Of a stretch of 64,000 nt of DNA, positions 38,935 through 54,859 are shown in pieces. The DNA comes from the human T2T-CHM13v2.0 reference genome, Homo sapiens. Location: NCBI RefSeq assembly GCF_009914755.1, contig NC_060928.1. The stretch is one strand, 5' to 3'. Both the position numbers and the translations under genes were made by a program. Positions within the stretch are counted from its first letter, which is position 1. Every line of letters starts with the position of its first letter. Under the pieces are notes generated by a model. It was given only the letters and a program-made list of their open reading frames with translations. It ran no database searches and was not told where the DNA came from.

Positions 38935-40421
38935 TCAAAAATGCAAAGGCCCATCTCCTAATTCTTATGTGAGGCTCACTAGTCAACTTGATCTTTCAGG
39001 TAAACTTACCTGCACTATTCCTTAGGCCTGGTCAGTCCCTCTACAGTCCTTTCCTACACCCATTGGACTTCCCAGGGAAATATCAATCAATGAAAACAAG
39101 ATATGTCCACCAGGGAAAGAAATGATTTATGTCTTTTTTAATATCATAAAGGCATACCTATCTATTGTTTCAGTCTGACAAGTTGAGGAGAGAGAGGGAT
39201 TAAAAACAAAAAACACAAATGAACAACAAACAACTCTAGCATCTTTGAAGGAGAAAAGAATTTCCAGTTTAGTGACGCAGCCTCAAAGACCTAAACACAA
39301 ACATTACTGGTAGTATTTATCTGGAAATCATTGAAAGGATTTTGTTGTTGTTTTTGTCATATTTTTTCAAAGTACTCTGTAGATAAATCTTGAAAGGAAA
39401 GCACTCTCAGATGTCTAATTTACGACTTAAAAGAATAGAATTTTTATATAATTTTTCTGACAGTTACTTACAAAGTACATCAGTTAAAAAAAAAAAAACT
39501 CACTGTGTTTTGCTATAATAACCTAAATGCTGCTTCTGAAAGTACCCAGCAGCCCAGGAAACAGTTTGTACACTCAGAGATCGCAACTAACTTAAGAAGG
39601 AACATTGCTGTCCTCAGATAGGGGCTGGGTTCAATTGGGGAGACAGTAACACAACATAAAGCCAGGGTGTTTTCTTTTTTCTGACCCAAATATCGGGAAG
39701 TGAAAAAGTCTACAAAACAATGTTAACTCATCTGTTCCCCATAATTTGATTTGGAAAAATGATTAAATTGTTATTATTAACTCCAATAAAGCACACAGGG
39801 AGCCTCTGTGAAAAAACTATTACGAGACTCATTGAGCTCAAATTTCCTAGGACTTTTAAATTTTGAAGTTGCAAGCTTGATGTTTAACCAATTTAGTATT
39901 TCTCGCTTTATTTTTTACAGACTTTAAAGCTGAAAAATATACTGTCCTTAGGGATAGCAAGAGAAAGCACTTCCTTTCCCTCGGCTTACACCAAATTATC
40001 CCCTTCCCTGTATCAAGGCCTAGGCTGAGCTTCTGAGTTGTGTCACTTCCGTGCTTTGGAGTATTTTGTGTATATTTATCCACTTAGTCCACGCGACAAT
40101 CCTGTTAAGTATGCGCTGCCATCAACTTCATTGTATAAATAAAGAAACCAGCAGAGTGAAGTAAAGGACTTTTTTCTGGTCTCATAGGTAGTAAGAGTAG
40201 AGCAGAAATTTGATTTCAGGCAGCCCTGTTCTATAGTTTGTGATCAGGAATCCTAGGAATTGTCTCCAGGAGGCGCAGTGGATTTGGGTTTCCTTTGTTT
40301 GGTTTGAAGGATTTGTTTGTTGTTTGACAACATTGATCTTTATGTCTCCTTACCCTTTCCAGAACTTCCTTACCATCATCTAAAGTCTCCTGGCCTCTTA
40401 TCACAGGCCTGAACATTTTCT

Positions 40422-41774
<1,353 letters not shown>

Positions 41775-41894
41775 AGGCCTGAACATTTTCTAACCAATGT
41801 TATTTAAATATTTACATCCCATGTTCCCCAGGACAGCCTTATTCTTTTTTGTAGCTCTCACAGAATTTAGTATTCTTGTTTATGCATAATAGGT

Positions 41895-42000
41895 TATATA
41901 TATTTATATATGTATGTGGATTTGTGTATATATATATATGTACAGTTGTGTGTATGTATATATGTATATGTGTGTATATATACATACATTTAGTATATAC
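41895..42000. repeat. (TA/TG)n low-complexity tract
   Basis: Direct reading. Confidence 0.85.
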
Positions 42001-43786
42001 CATGTCTTAATTCTAATTCTTCAATAACACAATGTTTTGACTCTACCACTCTCTATGAGAAAACCAAGCCATTTCTCATGCTCAAATTTGACAGTGCAAC
42101 CACATAAATATGACAACACTCTTGACATACCACAGATTAGTAAACATTCTGACTTTCCCAAGGTCTCATGCTATTTATCAAACTCAATACAAAATTTAAG
42201 CATTTCACGTACATGTGTTTTCTAATATATCTGCCCCATTTTTGAAACACTTCAGCTGTTTCACATCACATGCTACATACAAGTAGGAAATCGTCGCAGT
42301 ATGATTTTAAAAATATAATATGCAGGTATATTCTTGTAGTATTTCCATAGACTTCAAAAGAAAATGATGACAATTCACCAATTCCTTGCTGAAGACATGT
42401 GCAAAAGCACACGTGGCTTTCTTACCTGCACTAATCGTGGTACCTGGTTAGCAAGAGTAAACTCTTTATGACTAGTGAGAGAAGGAAGGGAAATTTCACA
42501 AATTCAAGAAAGAAATGTAAAGCAAAATAGTTAAGATGTAGGAATTGACCTAGTAAATAAAACATAAGATACTATTTCCAGAAAATTCTTTAAACTTAAA
42601 AATTATAACTTTTTGTAATTATAATTTTCTAAAAAAATTAATATAGCAATTTTTAGGCATTGCGCCTACACAATTCTCAGGACAACAAAGAAAGGCTAGT
42701 TCTCATATTCTTTGAAGAATATTTCCATGCATATTTAGACCCTTTTAGTCAAGAAATATCTCAGGTAACCCTTGTTTAGCAATGTTTCATTAGGTAGAGA
42801 ACATTGCAGTATATTTTGGATATAATCCAAATCTACAGTGGGGTGATATAGGTGAGAAGCTTGATATAACTTGAAAAGACCTAGACTCAGATTCTAGTCC
42901 AGATTCTGCTAGGCATGAGCTCCTACATTCCTACTGTCCCTCTGGAGTAATGGCCATGATCACCAAGAAAGGGTTGAGCCTGAAGATTCTATAGTTCCTT
43001 CCTTTTCCAGGATTCTATCAAAAGCCTCTGATTTTGGCAGCTCAAATTCCAAATGTACCTTGAAAATTACAATTTATGTGTCTGACTCAAGTAGAATAAT
43101 AAATAGTACAGTCATTACCACATGTATTTAATCAAAAAACTATTTACTCTTATTTTCCCGCTTATTGTACTAGCCAGCTACTTCCTTAAATTGACTAAAA
43201 CCAATCTGTTATTTAGAAAGTCATATAGACATAGATTAGATGAGGTGAAGATGGTTTTAGTAAGTTAATGTCTAAATAGGGATCAACAATACTCTTTTTC
43301 CTCCTAACATTGCTGGCTTAGTAACATGACTTTATTTTGACTACATTATAAAGCAAGGAATATGATAATTTGATTAAATTGTTATTATAAGCTAGTTTGG
43401 AATATTAGTATTGTATAATATGTGTTCAATAAAGGAAATTAGTATACTTGAAAACAATTGTCTCTATTCTAGAGCTAATAATAGAATAGATTTAACTTAT
43501 TATTTTAAGCACCTCCTAAATTGTTAATAAGATTTGCTGATGACACCCTGAACAGAAGCAGTCAGTCCCCCAAGGCTAATTTTAAACATCTGCTTTCATC
43601 ATTAAAGTTATTGTTTATTTCATCTTAAAATGGGAGTAATACAGCACTCAGCTATTCCAGAAATAGATCTATCACTCCTAAATAATTACTAGTCAGAGCA
43701 TTATATTACAGATAAAGAAAATTTATACTCAATAATTCAATAAATAGACATATCCCAGTTTCAAGATAAACCACAAAAATAGACCC

Positions 43787-44204
43787 TGCCATAGACTAAA
43801 TTCTGCCTGTTCTCCCTGACCCCTCACCACCACAAAATTCATAGATTGAAGCCCTGACTTCCAGTGTGACTTCATTTGGACCGAGGACAATTACTGAAGT
43901 AATTAGAGGTAAATGAGGTCATAGGGTGAAGCCCTAATCAGACAGGCTTTGTGTCCTTGTAAGAAGAGAAAGCGAGACCAGAGTTTTCTCCTTCTCTTTC
44001 CACTTCAACAGAACAAGGAATGACCACATGAGAACACAGTGAGAAGACAGCTATCTGCAAGCCAGGAAGAGAGCCCTCACCTGCAACTGAATTGGCCGGC
44101 CCCTTGATCTTAGACTTCAGCCTCTGGAACTGTAAGAAATACATTTTGTTCTTTAAAGCATACAGCCTGTGCTATTTTGTTTTGGCAGCCATGTGGGCTA
44201 ATAC
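43787..44204 (+). mobile_element. MLT1A-like MaLR LTR
   Basis: aaattcatagattgaagccct...tgcaagccaggaagagagccctcacc...ctaataca. Confidence 0.8.
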
Positions 44205-45254
44205 AAATGGAAATCAATACAAAGGAAATCAATATTAAGATAGGAAAATGGAAGAAGAATAATCCATTAAGTAAAAGAGGAGTGTACTTTTTAGTGTCTT
44301 CTTGCAGTTATTATTTGCTTGTTTCTTTGTTTTGCAGAAGTGGAGATTTCCACTATGGTCCATGAATAAAGAAAATATTCAAAAAAAAGGGCAAGAAGCT
44401 AGTGTGTAAATGCCATATAATTCTTTACAAGCTCTTTCTATGCTCTTCAGGAACCAAACCTGAGCCTCCAACTCCCCATTTAGCAGATAGGCTTATGCCT
44501 CTTCTATCAGCCATGACACCTGTCCATGTTTTCTTGACCCGGCTAGAATTACTATCTAGTTCTCACTGACTCCCCTGAAGGAACCTGTTGAAGGGGTTAA
44601 GAATACTATAAATTTACAGATCTCATGAGATTGGCCAAGATAGCAAAACTAAGTCCATGTGAACACTGCTGTTGTTTGAGGTCTGATGTCAGATTCATTT
44701 TTATCTTCCCAAGTGGGAGTACAATAAAAATGTTCTATTAAAAAATAGTGTTTGTTTCTTTTCATAAGAGACATAGCAGACAAAATAGCTGGGTGAGAGC
44801 TGAAAGAGTCATTGTAGAATAACAGAGATAGATTAAGTAAGAAACATATGCTGTGAATAACATTTCTGGAACACAAACTATGCAATGTGTACTCTGGGGA
44901 ACTCAAAGAGGTAGAATCTGACCCCTGCATATGGTGTAAGGTGATCCCATGAAAAAACGCAGCACAAAATCAATCAACTCATATTTACTCAACCCTAACT
45001 ATACTCAACCCTAACTATGGTGTATGTTCAATAGCATACACCATATGCTATTCTAGATTCTAGATTTTCTAGATTCATGGAACTAATAATCCAATTGGAG
45101 AGAGTCTGCACACACATACAAATAGATGATTTGCAAGAGAAAATAACAATAATTTACTAGAAAGTTGTTTAACTTACATGAAGACAATAATTCTTAACCT
45201 CACAGCATTTTGGGTCATCAGGAATGAAGATTAAATGAAAAGCAAAATACTTAA

Positions 45255-45470
45255 GGGCTCCAGATAAACTTGAGTTTGATTCCCTGCTTTTCTGCTTATG
45301 AGATAATCTTAGGCAGCTGATTTACCTTTTATTAAGCCTCAGCATCTTCATCTGTAAGAAGAGGTAATAGTAGCTTCACATGATTGTTGAGAAGATTAAA
45401 AAAGATGATTTGTATAAAAGTATTTAACACAGAACCTGACATGTAGTAAGTATTTAATAAATATTAGTTA
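45255..45470 (+). mobile_element. MIR
   Basis: aagcctcagcatcttcatctgtaag...gttgagaagattaaa...agtaagtatttaataaat. Confidence 0.7.
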
Positions 45471-45950
45471 ATCCATTATATGCATTTAAATACCCAGCAC
45501 AGGAAATGGTTTGTATAATTGTAACAAATAGTATTTTTCATTCTTTTTTCTCTAAGTGTCAGAATAAGAAGATCATTAACAAGAAATAAAATGTACAACA
45601 AATACGTAATTAGAAATAAATGAACAAAAAAAAGTGAAGGAATGGGACTGTAGGCTTATCTAATCTGAACTACAAACAGACATAACCAAAGGCAAAAAGT
45701 ATTAGAGCATTACTGCCCAAAGGGTGTGGCTTGGAGCCCTGCAGGGTCTATGTAATCAAATCCATTAGGAAATCCTTTGGGCAGAAACTTTAGAATAGCT
45801 CTTGCTACCACCACTGTTATTGCCAGGTCCAGGGTACATCATCTGGTAGCTGGGTTACTGAAGTCGTCTCTTGACTATTTTCAGCCTCTCCCCTTCCCAC
45901 TTTGTGCTCTATTCTTACATAGGTAGAGTGATTCTTTTAAACTGTGAGAT

Positions 45951-46283
45951 TGCCTTAGTCTGTTCAGGCTGCTACAAAAAAAAATCTTAAACTGGGTGCA
46001 TTTATAAATAATCAAAACAATAGAAATTTTGAAGGCTGGGAAGTCTAAGATTAAGGATCCAACAGATTGGGTGTCTGGTGAGGGCTTGTTCCTCACCAAT
46101 GGCACCTTCTCTGTGTCCTCACACGGCAGAAGGAGAAGGCAGCCCCCTTCAATTTCTTTTATAAGGATACTAATTCTACTCATAAGGCTGGAGCCCGTCT
46201 TAAAAGACTCCACATCTTAATACCAGCAAAATGGGGATTCAATTACAACATGAATTTTGGAGGCACACATTCAGATGACAACA
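45951..46283 (-). mobile_element. MSTD/MLT1A-like LTR inside an L2 remnant (about 45890-47190)
   Basis: ttagtctgttcaggctgctac...ggctgggaagtctaagat...gaattttggagg. Confidence 0.7.
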
Positions 46284-46620
46284 CAAATCATGCCATTCTC
46301 CTGATTAAAACCCGACCATAGCTTCCAATTTCACTTACAGTAAGAGCCCCTATCCTTACTATGTCCTACCAGACACTCATGATCAGCTCCCTGCATCTTG
46401 CGCCTCTTCTAGTTGCTGACCTTATCTTTCATCAGTCTCCCCCAGCTCCCTCTGCTCCAGCCGCAGAGCATCCTGGCTGTTTGTTGAACGTGCCAAATAG
46501 CTCTTTGCCTTAAGATCTTTGTACGGGTTGTTCCCTCTACTTGGATCTTTCGTCCCCCAGGTAACTCCCTTATCTTCTTCAAGTTTTGCTCAAAACTCAA
46601 CTTCTCAATGATGATTACCT

Positions 46621-46921
46621 TATTTTATTTATTTATTTTGAGATGGAGTCTCACTGTGTCACTCAGGCTGGAGTGCAGTGGCGTGATCTCGGCTAACTGC
46701 AACCTCAGCCTCCTGGGTTCAAGTGATTCTCATGCCTAGGCCTCCCGAGTAGCTGGGACTACAGCTGCGTGCCACCATACCTGGCTCATTTTTTGTATTT
46801 TTAGTAGAAACAGGGTTTCACCATGTTAGCCAGGATGGTCTCGATCTCCTGACTTCGTGATCCACCCGCCTCAGCCTCCCAAAAGTGCTGGGATTACAGG
46901 CGTGAGCCACCATGCCTGGTC
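46621..46921 (-). mobile_element. AluS (Sc/Sg-like)
   Basis: Dimeric Alu; TSD attaccttatttta. Confidence 0.92.
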
Positions 46922-49900
46922 AATTACCTTATTTTAAACTGTCACCTACCTCCTATAACCACCCCCTCCAGCACTACTGATTTACTTGTCCTGTTCTCCT
47001 TTTTCTGCTCATAGCACTTAGCACCTAGTTAACTTACTTATTTATTATGGTTATGGTTTATTTTGTTTTCCCCCAGTAGAATATAACCTTCTACAATCAC
47101 AAAGATTTGTGTCTGTTTTGTTAATGGTATTGTTCATAGGACTAAAAAAGTGTCTGGCAAATAGTAAGTATTCAAATATTGCTGAATTTATAATCTAATA
47201 TACTATGAAAATAATATACTATTAATAATCCTAATATACTAAAAATTACTTCTAAGTCTAATCTTCTAAAATAGTACTAATCTAATATAGACAGGTAAGC
47301 ATTTGAAGTGTCACAGGGTTCCATGGAAGACATACATCCCTTTGAGTTTGTTGACTGAGCATCATTGCCAGAGGTAGGCTTCTCGTGGGCGTGGTTGGGA
47401 CAGGCATAGGTATTGCTAGACATGAAAGCAATAAAAGGGAAAGAATCTCACTGGCCTTCACTATGGAGATGACCAGCAAACCCATTTGGGGATGCAGTGG
47501 TTATAGCTTAATAATGAAACTGAGGCTGTGAATTGGACTTTTAAGTGGATGACTTAAATCAGGATCATCTAGCAAGTCTTTCAAAAATAAATCCATTGGC
47601 CTGATAAATTAGGTGATGGATCATTAATCTCTGGAAGTAAAATTTCCAGAAACTGAGGGATGAATACACAGAGAAATACTGCATTTGTCATGCTTCCCAA
47701 AAAGCAGAGTGATAAAGTCAACATATTCATCATCATGTGTGTCTTTAGAGGAAGACCTTGGCTCTGACCCTGGGTGCTGTCATGCCTCTGTTACTAGATG
47801 AATTTCTTTCCTTCTGTGCCTCCCCCAAGGCCCCCAATCTGTATGGCATGGACATGCAGTCCTTTCATATGGAAGCAACAAAATTTCTCCCATTTCTTCC
47901 CCAGTTACATTGTTTATCATTTTCAACTTATACCTAAAGTGTGGAATATATATTTTCCTCTTACCAAGACAAGGTTCTGTTCTCAACAATTTGTTTCAAT
48001 GGTCCACAGGGGAGAATAGGTGTTTCCTCACATAACCAGATGTGAAATGTGGATTTTTCTTTCAGTAATTTACTGACATATATTTTCTCTCTCTCCTCTT
48101 TGCTTTGCTTTTATGTCTTTTAAACCTCTTATGGTGACACAAAATTTTGTGAGCAAAATAAAATGTCTAGAACTTTGCAATGAAACTTACTTGAGGATAA
48201 ACTTTTCCTAAACTTCAATATATATTTTCATTTCAATAAGAAAACAGTGAATTCCCTTTAGTTTTCTTCATTTAGAGAAATGAAGAAATTTTTATTTAAA
48301 TACAGGTAAGTTCTACATTTTTTACTATATGCTGTAGAAAGTACTACATGAATGCAAATTGGAGAGGGCTATTTTCTTAATAGTAGAAATCATGTCTAAG
48401 AAAAAAAGCTTAAAAGAAACTTCCAAATTCCAAACAATAACAAAGCATATATTAATAAATTTTCTGTTAAAAGTTTTATGTTAATGTAAGGGGTACCTTA
48501 TTGAAAGGATTCTCTATTAGTTTTAGTTGTTAATGACTATGAGCATTATCACCTTATTTTGTTATTTCAGAATGATGTTGCCGCATGTTCCCTTATATTA
48601 ACAAAAATCTCTGGCCTTTTTTCAGAGTCAGGGTCAAGGTTTGAAAGGAAAAGTGTTACTGCCTCCTCCTTCAAGCAAAAACCATCTTTATAAGGACCTA
48701 AAGAGTCTCAAAACCATCTCAAAATTTTTTCAAGTGACGGGATATAAATAATAAATAAACACTGTAATCAAAAACATCAGGCAAGGTGGCCTAGCTCTCT
48801 AATGGAACACCAGGCTCTGCCCTGAGAGCTAGTGACAAGGAAGAGCCAAGAAGGCATTGATGGTACCTCTCTACATCATTCAGGCTGGGCTGTGTGCCAT
48901 GCTTCCATAGTGTCTTGAAATGATATCAACCTCTATAGGACATGGCTAAGTCACACAAGGACACATAGTTTTAGTTGCTAATAGACACAGAGCTTCACAT
49001 GGTGTCAGGGAGCCCTACATATGACTCCAGCTGAAAATATGTTCTGGTTCATTGGTTTTTATCACTGAGCTCTGAGATATAGACAGGCATGCCAAGAGGA
49101 ATGAACTTTCCATAACTTAAAAAATAAGTTTTTGTCTCTTGCCTTGTTAAAGTGTATGCTCAGTAGCAATATTCTAAGACCCACAGGTGTTAGAACCACC
49201 GAATCTTGAATTTGTTGAGATATTATTGTGCTCTATAGATTTTTTTAACTTCTAACAATCTCTGAAAAGGTCTTCTTTTACTGACTCCAGAGTCAAGGAA
49301 AATGAAGCATTTTTTCCAGATTTGGTCTAGGAACTTCTTTTAATAAGAGGTGAAGTCAGTGAGGTTTCAATTTGACTTTCAGAGTAATTCAGGTTATTTT
49401 TAAAGAGCACATATTTTATTGCCAGGTAGGGATTTGCACATTTGCCGTTAGGCATAGGATGAAAGAAAATGAGAATCAGTCCTGTTATCTCACTCTGGTA
49501 TCTCCCAGAATGCTTGCTTTCATGAGTTAGAGTTATTCACTGTTCCCTATTAGTAGTATACAGCAGAGAAACAAAGTCACCGTACTATTCAGTTCATCAT
49601 TGATACAAACTTGGCTTTAGTTACAGAGAAAAAGATTCCCACTTAGGTATATGAAGGGACTGTGTCAGTCTCCTAAGAGACAACATCGTTAAGCACAGTT
49701 TGAGGAAAACCTCCACCGTGGCACTTAGGATCTACAAGTCCTTAGAAGTGTTGCTATGCCAAGTTCAAGTCCATAAAACTCACATCATTTTCCACCTGTT
49801 TGAGTCCATTCACCTTTAGTTTTCAGCCATGCCCAAAGGCCTCAGGAAAAAGTATTTTTAACTCCACTTACACCAAGAGACTGATCTAGCTGGCTGGCAT

Positions 49901-50828
49901 CCATTCCTAGAACTCTTTCTGCCAACACGATTTGTCTGAAAGGAAATCCTCTAACGCTGCCTTGCTTTATCATGTAATTATGTTCTGTTCATGCGTGACC
50001 CTCCTCAGGGAGTCTGGGGGCCTGTTAAATGTGAAGTCAGACTCAGTTTATGTTGCTGGTCTTCCCTCTCCTTCCCTTCACCCCTCCCACAGTGCTCTAC
50101 CTTGTATACATTTTGAGTAAATTGCTTTACCGAATAGGACTATCATCCTTTATAGGAAAAAAAATGCCTTAAGACGAATTGGTTCTGTGACTCTTTGTAA
50201 GTTTATATTTTAGCCCCATAGGGAAGTTTTTCAAAAAAAAGATCCAACTGTAATAAACATTTCTCCCAAGGAGTGATTAAAAACCAAATCTGAATGGACA
50301 ATACTGTCTTATTAATGGACTGTGGAAAGTACAGTAGTGACACTTGTGAAATTAGCAGATTCAGGAATAATGTATTGTTTTAGAATTGTGCTAATTCATT
50401 TCCCACTTCTAATCATTTAGTGTGAAAAAGGGTTAATGAAATGTTTAATAAATAAAGATTAATTTTAAAAGAGCTTTGCTGGCTCAATTCTATGTAAAAA
50501 GAGCATGTAAGAAAAGGGAATAATACAATATTTTATGAGATACCCTCTGAGACTCTTTTTTGTCAAAGAAACAATTTGTAAATTACCCTCACATTATAAC
50601 TCTTTGTCTTCTTAGTCTGACATGTGGGTGCCAAGCTTAGTGATTTGTAGCATGGAAAGGCAAGTGTTGTAGCTGGATAGTCACAATCACACGAAGGTTC
50701 TGCTGGTTTGGAAGGCGAACGTTTCATATTCTTGTCCCACAATTAAGCCAATGTTCTGCCCCAGGGACAAGTATATTTCCTCAATTATCAGAAGGAGCAA
50801 GAGAGTATGTCCATCCCATCCCATGTTC

Positions 50829-51137
50829 TTTTTTTTTTTTTTTTTTTTTTTTTTGAGACGGAGTCTCACTCTGTTGTCCAGGCTGGAGTGCAGTGGCGCA
50901 ATCTCGGCTCACTGCAACCTCTGCCTCCTGGGTTCAAGCAATTCTCTTGCCTCAGCCTCCTGAGTAGCTGAGACTACAGGCTCATGCCACCATACCCAGC
51001 TAATTTTTTGTATTTTAGTAGAGACAGGGTTTCACTGTTGTTGCCCAGGCTGGTCTCGAACTCCTGAGCTCAGGCAATCTGCCCGCCTTGGCCTCCCAAA
51101 GTGCTAGGATTACAGGCATGAGCCACCTTGCCCGGCC
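50829..51137 (-). mobile_element. AluS
   Basis: Dimeric Alu; TSD tcccatgttctt. Confidence 0.93.
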
Positions 51138-51351
51138 GTCCCATGTTCTTGAGAGGTCCTGGCTCGAGCCAATAAGGCTATTCTTTGTCTGCAAGGATGG
51201 AGATCAATTTCAGTCTGCTATCACACAGACTCTGGCAGCCAGAGACCAACAGGATCTCATAACAGTAAACCTGCTGCTGTCCAGGACAGATCCCCAAGTT
51301 GTTAACAGCCTCTCAGGCTTAAAAAAGTAAGTCCACATAGAACAATTGTAT

Positions 51352-51433
51352 TCTCACAGTCAGCCTTGTGATCTTTGTAAGTTTATACTTACTCTCACAG
51401 TCAGCCTTGTGATCTTTGTAAGTTTATACTTAC
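51352..51433. repeat. Perfect 41-bp tandem duplication
   Basis: tctcacagtcagccttgtgatctttgtaagtttatacttac x2. Confidence 0.95.
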
Positions 51434-54400
51434 AAAGTATAAATTTGTTATACTTTGGTTCTTCACATCGTCGATAAACCTTTAAAACTAGAATCCTGAG
51501 AAATGTTCCGTCCCTTCCCACACACACACATCAGCCTCTTCTGCTACCTACCCATACACGCTGATCAGTATTTTCTTTTATCTTAGGAAGTAACAGAATG
51601 AAAAATACAGTCTTGATGTTATCTTTTGAAGCAGATCTTCACTTTATGAAGAAAATTATTAAAATGTGTTGATACTCTCTTGAGGTATATTGCTCCAGGG
51701 GTCTTGGGATTTTGTTGGTATAATTATATGCAGCAAGTACAGTATCCAAAGTTCCCAGTTAGTGTAAAATTTCTACCAAAATCATTGATAATAAATTCTC
51801 TCATATGAAACTCCTGCTACAGACGTAGAACTCTTCACCAACTGGAATAATGTACACTGATCCTTGGATGAAGCATAACACCATGTCATGCCATATTATA
51901 TGAACTAGCATCCCTTGAGTACATTATATGTGCTAGATACTGTGCCAGAGGATTTTGCATGTTGTTTTATTTCATTCTTCCAACAGTCCTTGGACTTATG
52001 TATTACTCCAGTTTTTGCCAATGAAAAATGGAGACCCCAAAAGACTATACAAGTAATTAATAATTCAAACTCAGGAACCCAACTTCAGAACTTTTTTTCG
52101 TAATGTCAAGATGCTTCTCACTTATTTATTTAGCTCCTCAACATCTATAACAAAATACCAGCAATTTCAAAGTTAAGAGATCGTTCAAAAAGGACCAGGC
52201 TCTCTAGAGCAAAATGAGAATGTATTTGCTTCATCAGTTTAAAACCCAGGATGCCCTTTTGTTTGGAGCCAAAGTTAAATTGGAGTGTGTTCAACTTATA
52301 TGCTTAAAATATAAAAACAGTGTTGGCCTATAGTAATTTTTTAAGAGTAAATTAATAAACTACTCTTATATAAAACTAAAGGGAAATGTCTTATTTATTT
52401 CCTGCCTTCATTTCAATCCTGTTTCCCATGGCTCACATAGAGGTCAGCAGAAAAAGCATTTTCTTATGTCCCTGCACACACATCTAGCTCACGGGAGGAC
52501 TACAGAATCCACTAAGACAGAAACCCAAGGTTGCTAAGAGAAGCTAAAAGGAAAAATTTGTGCTTCCATTGTTTTTGCCTAAAGCCCCAATCATTCTGCC
52601 TCTGAAGAGCAGGGGTTACTTATTAAGTCATTTGCTTTATATGTTAGTTTTTAATCTTTCACTAGTAAGACCACTGGACAAAGTTCATCAAGATTTATTG
52701 CCATGTCCAAAAGTTTAGTCAACTGGTTGTATGATGTTAGAGCCATGCAGAGTAGTCTGTTTCCACAGATAAAGATAATAAAAATTTATAACTCTGCATG
52801 TCTTTTAGCAAAAGGAAATTGAATTGCATCCTCATGTCAAATGAAAGCACTCCTGTGTAATTCAATAAAGTAATATGACAGTTAATTATTTTGTTATAAC
52901 TCATTGTTTAAGTATCTTCTCTGATTTATTTTACTGAAACCAACCAGTGTGTCTTTCCTACAGACTGAGATTTCTGGTATTCTTGACTTCCCCATCTCCT
53001 CTGAAAAGCACCCTTCAGCTATCAGCACGGGAGCCATGGAAATGAGCATGTGGATTCTAAGAAGCCTTCAATATATGCTCAAAGGAAACTCAAACAGAAA
53101 AAAACAGCCTCAATGAACAAAAAAAAATATGAAGCTTTTGGAGAAGAATGCTCTTTCTCTACTTCTGAGATGCAGTGCAGCACAAGGAATTTTATTTATA
53201 TCAGTGATTCTCAAACTTTGGAAGGTGTCATAATCCCTTGGGGAGCTCATTTGTAATTTAGATACCTGCTCCTCACATCCTTGGATGTTCTGATTCAGTA
53301 GGTTTGGATAAAACCTGTGGTCTCACTCCCTGTTTCCAGGATTCTCTATGCCCTTCTCAGCTTTACTTTCCTTCACAGTACCTGTCACTTTCTAAGATAT
53401 TAGACATATAAATTATCTAATGTGTATGTTGTCTCTGTCAGTATCCTCCTATCTGTTTTGTTCACGAGAATGGTGTCTGGTACACAGTGATGTTTGCAGG
53501 GAAGAAAGGAAAGCAGACAGGGTGATGGGCAATGTGATCTTCTCAAAGCCCTTATAGTCTAGTGTTAGAACCAGATGGCAATCCCAAGACGATAATGTCT
53601 ATTTAAATCCATAATAAACAGTAGGCCAGGAGTGGCACAGGCTATTGATGATCCTTTTGAGGACCAGCATACATGCAACCCATTCACCTTATTCTTACCT
53701 CCTTGCCTACTTCTCTATCTTGCCGTATTACTCAGTCAAACTACACCCAGTCTCAGGAAAACCAGGAAAAGTGATGGAAACTTTGTCAACGACTGAGTTA
53801 GGGGTTAATTTGTCACTTCTCATTTAAACATGAAGGAAGGAGATGTGAAAGAAGAAAATAAGAGATAGACAAGTGAAATAATTCTCTAGATCAATCCTGG
53901 AGATAATTGTGTAGAACTTTGCCAAGTATCTGCCTAGTTACAAGTGCTAATCACTTTCACATAAAAAGACTTAATAAACTCTGCACATGATTTTGGATCC
54001 ATAAATTCTAAATCTGAACTGTCTTAGATCTCTTCTTTCTAAAAAGCTTGATATACAGACCTGTATTACATTTAAATAACATTATGAGAAATTTGGAAAG
54101 ACTGAGACATTGATGAGCTGGGAACTTGGCTCAGACTCCTATGAGACTTATGATCTAAAACTCACTTCATCAGGCTAATTAAAGGGAGCCTGAAAAAAAA
54201 AAAAAGCAAAATAGGACTAAATTAAGCTGTGTTATTTAACCATCTCTTGTTTAAAAGAAATGTAATAAGAAGAATGAAAATTGTGTAATAGATATTTTTG
54301 TTATCGTCTTTTTGTAGGCAACTTGTTTTTATTGAACAGATAGGCTCTATCGATTTTGATCATAAAATAAATTTCTATGAAGGAAATACTATTTTCCCCC

Positions 54401-54859
54401 ACTGACATCTATTATAAATTGGAGAAATATTCCCAGAGAAAAATAATAGTACAGTGGTAAGTGAAAATAGCATCTCCTTTCAAAAAAATATAACTAAAGA
54501 AGTGCTTGCTTACAACTACCTTTCTCCAAGATCATAATGTTACAGCCTAAGAGGAAGGGTTTCCTAATGTGTTTCCACCATCTACTGCACAAGTAAAAAT
54601 TAATTTGGAGCAATAAGTTATTTTTTAAAGCTATTCTCTGGATGAGCTAATCCTGCCATTGATTCATTCAGTAAATATTTTTATAATATCTAACACCACC
54701 ATGTACTGGAGGAAATTAAATAAATTAGGTTCCTGACAGTCTCTATATAGCAAGTGCACAGTGGAATGTCTAATAAACAATATTTACTAAACATACAATA
54801 TAAATTTAGTATTATTCTAAGACTGTAGGGTTGGTGGAAGAAGTATGGGAAAATAAAAG

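Noticed and set aside
44991-45015. Telomere-like AACCCTAA repeats
   Set aside because: Only two isolated units, explained by a 16-bp tandem duplication.
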